64,000 bases of DNA, taken from Balanoglossus misakiensis. Its lineage: Eukaryota; Animalia; Hemichordata. The stretch spans positions 1,579,244 through 1,643,243 of the forward strand of contig CM082584.2 of the NCBI GenBank assembly GCA_040954595.2. The letters run 5' to 3'. A program made the position numbers and the translations under genes. The stretch's first letter is position 1, and the number at the start of each line of letters is the position of its first letter. The notes below the pieces were generated by a model, which saw only the letters and a program-made list of their open reading frames with translations, did no database searches and was not told the origin of the DNA. Below, piece after piece: positions 13,612 to 27,718 of the stretch.

Positions 13612-16600
13612 ATTGACCCACAAATCACTCAAAATTAATAGGCAGGATACTGTCCACTCTGGCCTGGTTACTGTCTGGCCTGCTTAATGTTGACGCAAAG
13701 GTTGACCCCACCAAACACTCAAAATTAATAGGCAGCATACTGGCCACTCTGGCCTAGTTAATGTTGACGCAAAGGTTGACCCCCACCAAACACTCAAAAT
13801 TAATGGGCACGATACTGGCCACTCTGGCCTAGTTAATGTTGACGCAAAGGTTGACCCCACCAAACACTCAAAATCAATGGGCAGCATACTGTCCACTATG
13901 GCCTGGTTACTGTGTGCTCTGGTTAATGTTGACGCAAATGTTGACCCCACCAAACACTCAAAATTAATGGGCAGCACACTGTCCACTACGGCCTGGTTAC
14001 TGTGTGCTCTGGTTAATGTTGATGCAAAGGTTGACCCCACCAAACACTCAAAATTAATGGGCAGAACACTGTCCACTATGGCCTGGTTACTGTGTGCTCT
14101 GGTTAATGTTGATGCAAAGGTTGACCCCACCAAACACTCAAAATTAATGGGCAGGATACTGGCCACTCTGGCCTAGTTAATGTTGACGCAAAGGTTGACC
14201 CCCACCAAACACTCAAAATTAATGGGCACGATACTGGTCACTCTGGCCTAGTTAATGTTGACGCAAAGGTTGACCCCACCAAACACTCAAAATTAATGGG
14301 CAGCACACTGTCCACTACGGCCTGGTTACTGTGTGCTCTGGTTAATGTTGATGCAAAGGTTGACCCCACCAAACACTCAAAATTAATGAGCAGAACACTG
14401 TCCACTATGGCCTGGTTACTGTGTGCTCTGGTTAATGTTGATGCAAAGGTTGACCCCACCAAACACTCAAAATTAATGGGCAGGATACTGGCCACTCTGG
14501 CCTAGTTAATGTTGACGCAAAGGTTGACCCCCACCAAACACTCAAAATTAATGGGCACGATACTGGCCACACTGGCCTAGTTAATGTTGACGCAAAGGTT
14601 GACCCCCACGAAACACTCAAAATTAATGGGCACGATACTGGCCACTCTGGCCTAGTTAATGTTGACGCAAAGGTTGACCCCACCAAACACTCAAAATTAA
14701 TGGGCAGCACACTGTCCACTACGGCCTGGTTACTGTGTGCTCTGGTTAATGTTGACGCAAAGGTTGACCCCCACCAAACACTCAAAATTAATGGGCACGA
14801 TACTGGCCACTCTGGCCTAGTTAATGTTGACGCAAAGGTTGACCCCACCAAACACTCAAAATCAATGGGCAGCATACTGTCCACTATGGCCTGGTTACTG
14901 TGTGCTCTGGTTAATGTTGACGCAAATGTTGACCCCACCAAACACTCAAAATTAATGGGCAGCACACTGTCCACTACGGCCTGGTTACTGTGTGCTCTGG
15001 TTAATGTTGATGCAAAGGTTGACCCCACCAAACACTCAAAATTAATGGGCAGAACACTGTCCACTATGGCCTGGTTACTGTGTGCTCTGGTTAATGTTGA
15101 TGCAAAGGTTGACCCCACCAAACACTCAAAATTAATGGGCAGGATACTGGCCACTCTGGCCTAGTTAATGTTGACGCAAAGGTTGACCCCCACCAAACAC
15201 TCAAAATTAATGGGCACGATACTGGTCACTCTGGCCTAGTTAATGTTGACGCAAAGGTTGACCCCACCAAACACTCAAAATTAATGGGCAGCACACTGTC
15301 CACTACGGCCTGGTTACTGTGTGCTCTGGTTAATGTTGATGCAAAGGTTGACCCCACCAAACACTCAAAATTAATGAGCAGAACACTGTCCACTATGGCC
15401 TGGTTACTGTGTGCTCTGGTTAATGTTGATGCAAAGGTTGACCCCACCAAACACTCAAAATTAATGGGCAGGATACTGGCCACTCTGGCCTAGTTAATGT
15501 TGACGCAAAGGTTGACCCCCACCAAACACTCAAAATTAATGGGCACGATACTGGCCACACTGGCCTAGTTAATGTTGACGCAAAGGTTGACCCCCACGAA
15601 ACACTCAAAATTAATGGGCACGATACTGGCCACTCTGGCCTAGTTAATGTTGACGCAAAGGTTGACCCCACCAAACACTCAAAATTAATGGGCAGCACAC
15701 TGTCCACTACGGCCTGGTTACTGTGTGCTCTGGTTAATGTTGACGCAAAGGTTGACCCCACCAAACACTCAAAATTAATGGGCAGAACACTGTCCACTAT
15801 GGCCTGGTTACTGTGTGCTCTGGTTAATGTTGACGCAAAGGTTGACCCCACCAAACACTCAAAATTAATGGGCAGAACACTGTCCACTACGGCCTGGTTA
15901 TTGTGTGCTCTGGTTAATGTTGACGCAAAGGTTGACGCCACCAAACACTCAAAATCAATGGGCAGCATACTGTCCACTATGGCCTGGTTACTGTGTGCTC
16001 TGGTTAATGTTGACGCAAAGGTTGACCCCACCAAACACTCAAAATTAATGGGCAGCACACTGTCCACTATGGCCTGGTTACTGTGTGCTCTGGTTAATGT
16101 TGACGCAAAGGTTGACCCCACCAAACACTCAAAATTAATGGGCAGAACACTGTCCACTATGGCCTGGTTACTGTGTGCTCTGGTTAATGTTGATGCAAAG
16201 GTTGACCCCACCAAACACTCAAAATTAATGGGCAGGATACTGGCCACTCTGGCCTAGTTAATGTTGACGCAAAGGTTGACCCCCACCAAACACTCAAAAT
16301 TAATGGGCACGATACTGGTCACTCTGGCCTAGTTAATGTTGACGCAAAGGTTGACCCCACCAAACACTCAAAATTAATGGGCAGAACACTGTCCACTATG
16401 GCCTGGTTACTCTGTGCTCTGGTTAATGTTGACGCAAAGGTTGACCCCACCAAACACTCAAAATTAATGGGCAGAACACTGTCCACTACGGCCTGGTTAC
16501 TGTGTGCTCTGGTTAATGTTAACGCAAAGGTTGACCCCACCAAACACTCAAAATTAATGGGCAGAACACTGTCCACTATGGCCTGGTTACTGTGTGCTCT

Positions 16601-19600
16601 GGTTAATGTTGACGCAAAGGTTGACCCCACCAAACACTCAAAATTAATGGGCAGAACACTGTCCACTACGGCCTGGTTACTGTGTGCTCTGGTTAATGTT
16701 GACGCAAAGGTTGACCCCACCAAACACTCAAAATTAATGGGCAGCACACTGTCCACTATGGCCTGGTTACTGTGTGCTCTGGTTAATGTTGACGCAAAGG
16801 TTGACCCCACCAAACACTCAAAATTAATGGGCAGAACACTGTCCACTACGGCCTGGTTACTGTGTGCTCTGGTTAATGTTGACACAAAGGTTGACCCCAC
16901 CAAACACTCAAAATTAATGGGCAGAACACTGTCCACTATGGCCTGGTTACTGTGTGCTCTGGTTAATGTTGACGCAAAGGTTGACCCCACCAAACACTCA
17001 AAATTAATGGGCAGCACACTGTCCACTATGGCCTGGTTACTGTGTGCTCTGGTTAATGTTGACGCAAAGGTTGACCCCACCAAACACTCAAAATTAATGG
17101 GCAGAACACTGTCCACTATGGCCTGGTTACTGTGTGCTCTGGTTAATGTTGATGCAAAGGTTGACCCCACCAAACACTCAAAATTAATGGGCAGGATACT
17201 GGCCACTCTGGCCTAGTTAATGTTGACGCAAAGGTTGACCCCCACCAAACACTCAAAATTAATGGGCACGATACTGGCCACTCTGGCCTAGTTAATGTTG
17301 ACGCAAAGGTTGACCCCCACGAAACACTCAAAATTAATGGGCACGATACTGGCCACTCTGGCCTAGTTAATGTTGACGCAAAGGTTGACCCCACCAAACA
17401 CTCAAAATTAATGGGCAGCACACTGTCCACTACGGCCTGGTTACTGTGTGCTCTGGTTAATGTTGACGCAAAGGTTGACCCCACCAAACACTCAAAATTA
17501 ATGGGCAGAACACTGTCCACTATGGCCTGGTTACTGTGTGCTCTGGTTAATGTTGACGCAAAGGTTGACCCCACCAAACACTCAAAATTAATGGGCAGAA
17601 CACTGTCCACTACGGCCTGGTTATTGTGTGCTCTGGTTAATGTTGACGCAAAGGTTGACGCCACCAAACACTCAAAATCAATGGGCAGCATACTGTCCAC
17701 TATGGCCTGGTTACTGTGTGCTCTGGTTAATGTTGACGCAAAGGTTGACCCCACCAAACACTCAAAATTAATGGGCAGCACACTGTCCACTATGGCCTGG
17801 TTACTGTGTGCTCTGGTTAATGTTGACGCAAAGGTTGACCCCACCAAACACTCAAAATTAATGGGCAGAACACTGTCCACTACGGCCTGGTTACTGTGTG
17901 CTCTGGTTAATGTTGACGCAAAGGTTGACCCCACCAAACACTCAAAATTAATGGGCAGAACACTGTCCACTACGGCCTGGTTACTGTGTGCTCTGGTTAA
18001 TGTTGACGCAAAGGTTGACCCCACCAAACACTCAAAATTAATGGGCAGAACACTGTCCACTACGGCCTGGTTACTGTGTGCTCTGGTTAATGTTGACGCA
18101 AAGGTTGACCCCACCAAACACTCAAAATTAATGGGCAGAACACTGTCCACTACGGCCTGGTTACTGTGTGCTCTGGTTAATGTTGACGCAAAGGTTGACC
18201 CCACCAAACACTCAAAATTAATGGGCAGCACACTGTCCACTATGGCCTGGTTACTGTGTGCTCTGGTTAATGTTGACGCAAAGGTTGACCCCACCAAACA
18301 CTCAAAATTAATGGGCAGAACACTGTCCACTACGGCCTGGTTACTGTGTGCTCTGGTTAATGTTGACGCAAAGGTTGACCCCCACCAAACACTCAAAATT
18401 AATGGGCACGATACTGGCCACTCTGGCCTAGTTAATGTTGACGCAAAGGTTGACCCCACCAAACACTCAAAATTAATGGGCACGATACTGGCCACTCTGG
18501 CCTAGTTAATGTTGACGCAAAGGTTGACCCCACCAAACACTCAAAATTAATGGGCACGATACTGGCCACTCTGGCCTAGTTAATGTTGACGCAAAGGTTG
18601 ACCCCACCAAACACTCAAAATTAATGGGCACGATACTGGCCACTCTGGCCTAGTTAATGTTGACGCAAAGGTTGACCCCACCAAACACTCAAAATTAATG
18701 GGCAGAACACTGTCCACTATGGCCTGGTTACTCTGTGCTCTGGTTAATGTTGACGCAAAGGTTGACCCCACCAAACACTCAAAATTAATGGGCAGAACAC
18801 TGTCCACTACGGCCTGGTTACTGTGTGCTCTGGTTAATGTTGACGCAAAGGTTGACCCCACCAAACACTCAAAATTAATGGGCAGAACACTGTCCACTAT
18901 GGCCTGGTTACTGTGTGCTCTGGTTAATGTTGACGCAAAGGTTGACCCCACCAAACACTCAAAATTAATGGGCAGCACACTGTCCACTACGGCCTGGTTA
19001 CTGTGTGCTCTGGTTAATGTTGACGCAAAGGTTGACCCCACCAAACACTCAAAATTAATGGGCAGAACACTGTCCACTACGGCCTGGTTACTGTGTGCTC
19101 TGGTTAATGTTGACGCAAAGGTTGACCCCACCAAACACTCAAAATTAATGGGCAGAACACTGTCCACTACGGCCTGGTTACTGTGTGCTCTGGTTAATGT
19201 TGACGCAAAGGTTGACCCCACCAAACACTCAAAATTAATGGGCAGAACACTGTCCACTACGGCCTGGTTACTGTGTGCTCTGGTTAATGTTGACGCAAAG
19301 GTTGACCCCACCAAACACTCAAAATTAATGGGCAGAACACTGTCCACTACGGCCTGGTTACTGTGTGCTCTGGTTAATGTTGACGCAAAGGTTGACCCCA
19401 CCAAACACTCAAAATTAATGGGCAGAACACTGTCCACTACGGCCTGGTTACTGTGTGCTCTGGTTAATGTTGACGCAAAGGTTGACCCCACCAAACACTC
19501 AAAATTAATGGGCAGAACACTGTCCACTACGGCCTGGTTACTGTGTGCTCTGGTTAATGTTGACGCAAAGGTTGACCCCACCAAACACTCAAAATTAATG

Positions 19601-22600
19601 GGCAGAACACTGTCCACTACGGCCTGGTTACTGTGTGCTCTGGTTAATGTTGACGCAAAGGTTGACCCCACCAAACACTCAAAATTAATGGGCAGAACAC
19701 TGTCCACTATGGCCTGGTTACTGTGTGCTCTGGTTAATGTTGACGCAAAGGTTGACCCCACCAAACACTCAAAATTAATGGGCAGAACACTGTCCACTAC
19801 GGCCTGGTTACTGTGTGCTCTGGTTAATGTTGACGCAAAGGTTGACCCCACCAAACACTCAAAATTAATGGGCAGCACACTGTCCACTATGGCCTGGTTA
19901 CTGTGTGCTCTGGTTAATGTTGACGCAAAGGTTGACCCCACCAAACACTCAAAATTAATGGGCAGAACACTGTCCACTACGGCCTGGTTACTGTGTGCTC
20001 TGGTTAATGTTGACGCAATGGTTGACCCCACCAAACACTCAAAATTAATGGGCAGAACACTGTCCACTATGGCCTGGTTACTGTGTGCTCTGGTTAATGT
20101 TGACGCAAAGGTTGACCCCACCAAACACTCAAAATTAATGGGCAGAACACTGTCCACTACGGTCTGGTTACTGTGTGCTCTGGTTAATGTTGACGCAAAG
20201 GTTGACCCCACCAAACACTCAAAATTAATGGGCAGAACACTGTCCACTATGGCCTGGTTACTGTGTGCTCTGGTTAATGTTGACGCAAAGGTTGACCCCA
20301 CCAAACACTCAAAATTAATGGGCAGCACACTGTCCACTATGGCCTGGTTACTGTGTGCTCTGGTTAATGTTGACGCAAAGGTTGACCCCACCAAACACTC
20401 AAAATTAATGGGCAGAACACTGTCCACTACGGCCTGGTTACTGTGTGCGCTGGTTAATGTTGACGCAAAGGTTGACCCCCACCAAACACTCAAAATTAAT
20501 GGGCACGATACTGGCCACTCTGGCCTAGTTAATGTTGACGCAAAGGTTGACCCCACCAAACACTCAAAATTAATGGGCACGATACTGGCCACTCTGGCCT
20601 AGTTAATGTTGACGCAAAGTTTGACCCCACCAAACACTCAAAATTAATGGGCACGATACTGGCCACTCTGGCCTAGTTAATGTTGACGCAAAGGTTGACC
20701 CCACCAAACACTCAAAATTAATGGGCACGATACTGGCCACTCTGGCCTAGTTAATGTTGACGCAAAGGTTGACCCCACCAAACACTCAAAATTAATGGGC
20801 ACGATACTGGCCACTCTGGCCTAGTTAATGTTGACGCAAAGGTTGACCCCACCAAACACTCAAAATTAATGGGCAGAACACTGTCCACTACGGCCTGGTT
20901 ACTGTGTGCTCTGGTTAATGTTGACGCAAAGGTTGACCCCACCAAACACTCAAAATTAATGGGCAGAACACTGTCCACTCGACCTGGTTACTGTGTGCTC
21001 TGGTTAATGTTGACGCAAAGGTTGACCCCACCAAACACTCAAAATTAATGGGCAGAACACTGTCCACTACGGCCTGGTTACTGTGTGCTCTGGTTAATGT
21101 TGACGCAAAGGTTGACCCCACCAAACACTCAAAATTAATGGGCAGCACACTGTCCACTATGGCCTGGTTACTGTGTGCTCTGGTTAATGTTGACGCAAAG
21201 GTTGACCCCACCAAACACTCAAAATTAATGGGCAGAACACTGTCCACTACGGCCTGGTTACTGTGTGCTCTGGTTAATGTTGACGCAAAGGTTGACCCCC
21301 ATCAAACACTCAAAATTAATGGGCACGATACTGGCCACTCTGGCCTGGTTACTGTGTGCTCTGGTTAATGTTGACGCAAAGGTTGACCCCACCAAACACT
21401 CAAAATTAATGGGCAGAACACTGTCCACTACGGCCTGGTTACTGTGTGCTCTGGTTAATGTTGACGCAAAGGTTGACCACACCAAACACTCAAAATTAAT
21501 GGGCAGAACACTGTCCACTACGGCCTGGTTACTGTGTGCTCTGGTTAATGTTGACGCAAAGGTTGACCCCACCAAACACTCAAAATTAATGGGCAGAACA
21601 CTGTCCACTATGGCCTGGTTACTGTGTGCTCTGGTTAATGTTGACGCAAAGGTTGACCCCACCAAACACTCAAAATTAATGGGCAGAACACTGTCCACTA
21701 CGGCCTGGTTACTGTGTGCTCTGGTTAATGTTGACGCAAAGGTTGACCCCACCAAACACTCAAAATTAATGGGCAGCACACTGTCCACTATGGCCTGGTT
21801 ACTGTGTGCTCTGGTTAATGTTGACGCAAAGGTTGACCCCACCAAACACTCAAAATTAATGGGCAGAACACTGTCCACTACAGCCTGGTTACTGTGTGCT
21901 CTGGTTAATGTTGACGCAAAGGTTGACCCCACCAAACACTCAAAATTAATGGGCAGAACACTGTCCACTACGGCCTGGTTACTGTGTGCTCTGGTTAATG
22001 TTGACGCAAAGGTTGACCCCACCAAACACTTAAAATTAATGGGCAGAACACTGTCCACTACGGCCTGGTTACTGTGTGCTCTGGTTAATGTTGACGCAAA
22101 GGTTGACCCCACCAAACACTCAAAATTAATGGGCAGAACACTGTCCACTACGGCCTGGTTACTGTGTGCTCTGGTTAATGTTGACGCAAAGGTTGACCCC
22201 ACCAAACACTCAAAATTAATGGGCAGAACACTGTCCACTATGGCCTGGTTACTGTGTGCTCTGGTTAATGTTGACGGAAAGGTTGACCCCACCAAACACT
22301 CAAAATTAATGGGCAGCACACTGTCCACTATGGCCTGGTTACTGTGTGCTCTGGTTAATGTTGACGCAAAGGTTGACCCCACCAAACACTCAAAATTAAT
22401 GGGCAGAACACTGTCCACTACGGCCTGGTTACTGTGTGCTCTGGTTAATGTTGACGCAAAGGTTGACCCCCACCAAACACTCAAAATTAATGGGCACGAT
22501 ACTGGCCACTCTGGCCTAGTTAATGTTGACGCAAAGGTTGACCCCACCAAACACTCAAAATTAATGGGCAAGATACTGGCCACTCTGGCCTAGTTAATGT

Positions 22601-25600
22601 TGACGCAAAGGTTGACCCCACCAAACACTCAAAATTAATGGGCATGATACTGGCCACTCTGGCCTAGTTAATGTTGACGCAAAGGTTGACCCCACCAAAC
22701 ACTCAAAATTAATGGGCACGATACTGGCCACTCTGGCCTAGTTAATGTTGACGCAAAGGTTGACCCCACCAAACACTCAAAATTAATGGGCAGAACACTG
22801 TCCACTACGGCCTGGTTACTGTGTGCTCTGGTTAATGTTGACGCAAAGGTTGACCCCACCAAACACTCAAAATTAATGGGCAGAACACTGTCCACTACGG
22901 CCTGGTTACTGTGTGCTCTGGTTAATGTTGACGCAAAGGTTGACCCCACCAAACACCCAAAATTAATGGGCAGAACACTGTCCACTACGGCCTGGTTACT
23001 GTGTGCTCTGGTTAATGTTGACGCAAAGGTTGACACCACCAAACACTCAAAATTAATGGGCAGCACACTGTCCACTATGGCCTGGTTACTGTGTGCTCTG
23101 GTTAATGTTGACGCAAAGGTTGACCCCACCAAACACTCAAAATTAATGGGCAGAACACTGTCCACTACGGCCTGGTTACTGTGTGCTCTGGTTAATGTTG
23201 ACGCAAAGGTTGACCCCCACCAAACACTCAAAATTAATGGGCACGATACTGGCCACTCTGGCCTAGTTAATGTTGACGCAAAGGTTGACCCCACCAAACA
23301 CTCAAAATTAATGGGCACGATACTGGCCACTCTGGCCTAGTTAATGTTGACGCAAAGGTTGACCCCACCAAACACTCAAAATTAATGGGCACGATACTGG
23401 CCACTCTGGCCTAGTTAATGTTGACGCAAAGGTTGACCCCACCAAACACTCAAAATTAATGGGCACGATACTGGCCACTCTGGCCTAGTTAATGTTGACG
23501 CAAAGGTTGACCCCACCAAACACTCAAAATTAATGGGCACGATACTGGCCACTCTGGCCTAGTTAATGTTGACGCAAAGGTTGACCCCACCAAACACTCA
23601 AAATTAATGGGCAGAACACTGTCCACTACGGCCTGGTTACTGTGTGCTCTGGTTAATGTTGACGCAAAGGTTGACCCCACCAAACACTCAAAATTAATGG
23701 GCAGAACACTGTCCACTCGACCTGGTTACTGTGTGCTCTGGTTAATGTTGACGCAAAGGTTGACCCCACCAAACACTCAAAATTAATGGGCAGAACACTG
23801 TCCACTACGGCCTGGTTACTGTGTGCTCTGGTTAATGTTGACGCAAAGGTTGACCCCACCAAACACTCAAAATTAATGGGCAGCACACTGTCCACTATGG
23901 CCTGGTTACTGTGTGCTCTGGTTAATGTTGACGCAAAGGTTGACCCCACCAAACACTCAAAATTAATGGGCAGAACACTGTCCACTACGGCCTGGTTACT
24001 GTGTGCTCTGGTTAAAGTTGACGCAAAGGTTGACCCCCATCAAACACTCAAAATTAATGGGCACGATACTGGCCACTCTGGCCTGGTTACTGTGTGCTCT
24101 GGTTAATGTTGACGCAAAGGTTGACCCCACCAAACACTCAAAATTAATGGGCAGAACACTGTCCACTACGGCCTGGTTACTGTGTGCTCTGGTTAATGTT
24201 GAAGCAAAGGTTGACCCCACCAAACACTCAAAATTAATGGGCAGAACACTGTCCACTACGGCCTGGTTACTGTGTGCTCTGGTTAATGTTGACGCAAAGG
24301 TTGACCCCACCAAACACTCAAAATTAATGGGCAGAACACTGTCCACTATGGCCTGGTTACTGTGTGCTCTGGTTAATGTTGACGCAAAGGTTGACCCCAC
24401 CAAACACTCAAAATTAATGGGCAGAACACTGTCCACTACGGCCTGGTTACTGTGTGCTCTGGTTAATGTTGACGCAAAGGTTGACTCCACCAAACACTCA
24501 AAATTAATGGGCAGCACACTGTCCACTATGGCCTGGTTACTGTGTGCTCTGGTTAATGTTGACGCAAAGGTTGACCCCACCAAACACTCAAAATTAATGG
24601 GCAGAACACTGTCCACTACAGCCTGGTTACTGTGTGCTCTGGTTAATGTTGACGCAAAGGTTGACCCCACCAAACACTCAAAATTAATGGGCAGAACACT
24701 GTCCACTACGGCCTGGTTACTGTGTGCTCTGGTTAATGTTGACGCAAAGGTTGACCCCACCAAACACTCAAAATTAATGGGCAGAACACTGTCCACTACG
24801 GCCTGGTTACTGTGTGCTCTGGTTAATGTTGACGCAAAGGTTGACCCCACCAAACACTCAAAATTAATGGGCAGAACACTGTCCACTACGGCCTGGTTAC
24901 TGTGTGCTCTGGTTAATGTTGACGCAAAGGTTGACCCCACCAAACACTCAAAATTAATGGGCAGAACACTGTCCACTATGGCCTGGTTACTGTGTGCTCT
25001 GGTTAATGTTGACGCAAAGGTTGACCCCACCAAACACTCAAAATTAATGGGCAGCACACTGTCCACTATGGCCTGGTTACTGTGTGCTCTGGTTAATGTT
25101 GACGCAAAGGTTGACCCCACCAAACACTCAAAATTAATGGGCAGAACACTGTCCACTACGGCCTGGTTACTGTGTGCTCTGGTTTATGTTGACGCAAAGG
25201 TTGACCCCCACCAAACACTCAAAATTAATGGGCACGATACTGGCCACTCTGGCCTAGTTAATGTTGACGCAAAGGTTGACCCCACCAAACACTCAAAATT
25301 AATGGGCAAGATACTGGCCACTCTGGCCTAGTTAATGTTGACGCAAAGGTTGACCCCACCAAACACTCAAAATTAATGGGCATGATACTGGCCACTCTGG
25401 CCTAGTTAATGTTGACGCAAAGGTTGACCCCACCAAACACTCAAAATTAATGGGCACGATACTGGCCACTCTGGCCTAGTTAATGTTGACGCAAAGGTTG
25501 ACCCCACCAAACACTCAAAATTAATGGGCAGAACACTGTCCACTACGGCCTGGTTACTGTGTGCTCTGGTTAATGTTGACGCAAAGGTTGACCCCACCAA

Positions 25601-26029
25601 ACACTCAAAATTAATGGGCAGAACACTGTCCACTACGGCCTGGTTACTGTGTGCTCTGGTTAATGTTGACACAAAGGTTGACCCCACCAAACACTCAAAA
25701 TTAATGGGCAGAACACTGTCCACTACGGCCTGGTTACTGTGTGCTCTGGTTAATGTTGACGCAAAGGTTGACCCCACCAAACACCCAAAATTAATGGGCA
25801 GAACACTGTCCACTACGGCCTGGTTACTGTGTGCTCTGGTTAATGTTGACACAAAGGTTGACACCACCAAACACTCAAAATTAATGGGCAGCACACTGTC
25901 CACTATGGCCTGGTTACTGTGTGCTCTGGTTAATGTTGACGCAAAGGTTGACCCCACCAAACACTCAAAATTAATGGGCAGAACACTGTCCACTACGGCC
26001 TGGTTACTGTGTGCTCTGGTTAATGTTAA
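13612..26029. repeat. 12.4-kb minisatellite of 90-bp and 74/75-bp units with higher-order duplications
   Basis: Long unit gttaatgttgacgcaaaggttgaccccaccaaacactcaaaattaatgggcagaacactgtccactacggcctggttactgtgtgctctg. The short unit ends cacgatactggccactctggccta. Roughly 140-150 units, estimated from length. Confidence 0.98.
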
Positions 26030-26260
26030 TGGTAGGTCGTGGCTGTCTCATTTCAGGGATTTGTGGACTAAATGTCAATCTTTGTACTATTCGTACATGA
26101 AACTTTTCTTTCAAATACAACTTACAGACCAACATAGACAGTCATGCTTATATAAGTATGACTATCTATTAAAGTAACATTCATATCATGATTGTTGTTT
26201 TACACTGTGTTTTCAAAGTAATTGTTGCAGTAAACCAATTGCCTTGCTTGGAAATATTAA

Positions 26261-26367
26261 AAGGGAAGTCCTGTCCAGCTGATTTATGCATAATTTCTAC
26301 ACAATGTTTTTTTCTGAAAGAATGACCTCAAAGCTACCCAATTATGTAGCTGAACCAGACTTCCCCT
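26261..26367. mobile_element. small TTAA-flanked MITE (same family as the one truncating CCP1 at about 29910-29992)
   Basis: ttaa-aagggaagtc ... gacttcccct-ttaa. The internal gaaagaatgacctcaaagcta is shared with 29934-29992. Confidence 0.7.
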
Positions 26368-26668
26368 TTAAATGCTACCAGTGAGCTTGTTTGTCTTTGT
26401 AAATACACTCAAGTATTAATCCCCTTTTTCTCAGAATTCAATGCATCTTCATGCCATGAGGTGAGAGGACACTTTTGTTAGCAGGAGGGAAACAAATCCA
26501 AAATAAATAATAACAGTGCAAAGTTGGTCTGCTGACTTTCTCCACATTTCATTATTGAATTACGGCAAAATTATGAAATCCAATTATGAAATTCAGCTTT
26601 TTGTCCACTTTTTGTTGCTGCAAATTCATTGCGGTATAAAGGTCAATAATATGACAAATCTTGGTTAA

Positions 26669-26853
26669 AAGTATACAGTCACCTTCAATACACATTCCCA
26701 TATATGGCTGAATGGCGTATTTGAGCATTCTAAAGAACATATGGTGGCGCCTGTTTTCCACGTGTGCCACCAAATGAAAATCTGTGATTGGCTAGATTTC
26801 AATTTTCCATGGTAACTATATATAGCTAATTTTCCATGGGTGATCATATACCT
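26669..26853. mobile_element. TTAA-flanked MITE; a related copy starts at 40445 in the opposite orientation
   Basis: Imperfect TIR aagtatacagtcacc / ggtgatcatatacct with TTAA on both sides. It shares gttaccatgg..aattga..tagccaatcacagatttt with 40445-40580. Confidence 0.7.
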
Positions 26854-26882
26854 TTAACTCTATAGTTTAACATGATACTTAC

Positions 26883-27068
26883 GAACACATGATTGGTTAA
26901 AAGTGTAGACATCATACATTGAGAGACCAGTTTCTCCAGGTGGCAGATAGAATCCACCTGTGCCGTTATTTGCATATAAGAGATAGCCTTCTTCACAGGA
27001 ACATTGAAAACCACCTGCAGTGTTTTTACAAAGTTGATCACAAGAATGTGAAGCACATTCATTTATAT
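26883..27068 (-). CDS. uif-like exon: calcium-binding EGF 2 with long loop (DINECASHSCDQLCKNTAGGFQCSCEEGYLLYANNGTGGFYLPPGETGLSMYDVYTFNQSCV)
   Basis: tgtag acceptor, gtaagt donor, 186 bp, phase 1-1. The extended last loop matches my recollection of Uninflatable. Confidence 0.9.
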
Positions 27069-27589
27069 CTACAAAGAAGGAACATGGATTGGATTAAAAC
27101 AATGTACGTTCAGTAAAATTGAAAGTATTGTCATTTCTTTTAATCGTGAATTTTGGGATTATCTTGTGTACGTACAAGATGAATCTGTGATAAAATAAAG
27201 GCGTCACCTTGCTTGCTTTTGAAATACAAGGCCATTAATTTAGTTGATAATAGAAGAAACCTGCTGACTCAGCATGGTTCACCAATGGTTTGTCTATGGA
27301 CAAAAACCTTAAAGAAATTTATCTCAAAATAGAGCATTGTAATCACACAATTTTATTTGACCAATGAATTTATATTTACTAGACTGAGCTATGTGTAAAA
27401 TTTCGTGAAAATGACAATAGTAGAAGTTTGTTTTCTAGCAATTATCAATGTAATCCTATGAGAAAAAGACACCTGAGATTAAAAGGTCATTCCAAAAATT
27501 TATCCGGAATTCTGAAATAAGTTCGGAATGTGTTAAATGTGAAAATAGTGACTTGAAGTTATGTTGCAAGTGACTTGTTTATGTCTCAC

Positions 27590-27718
27590 CTTTGCATGCT
27601 GTTCCATTCACATCTGGTTCAAATCCCACCAAACATGCACACTGATAGTCACCATCTCTATTTTCACAGACTTGATTGATTCCACACCGTGCCACCAATG
27701 TACTACATTCATTGATAT
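27590..27718 (-). CDS. uif-like exon: calcium-binding EGF 1 (DINECSTLVARCGINQVCENRDGDYQCACLVGFEPDVNGTACK)
   Basis: ttcag acceptor, gtgaga donor, 129 bp, phase 1-1. DINEC and six Cys. Confidence 0.9.

Noticed and set aside
13612-26029. CRISPR-like constant 52-bp core with a variable segment; also long ORFs as genes
   Set aside because: The variable part has only two related forms rather than unique spacers. The ORFs simply follow the 90-bp periodicity and have no domain.
26435-26460. 26-bp plus-strand exon-like segment (tctcag...GAG/gtgaga)
   Set aside because: Too short and unsupported, with no partner exons or recognisable peptide.
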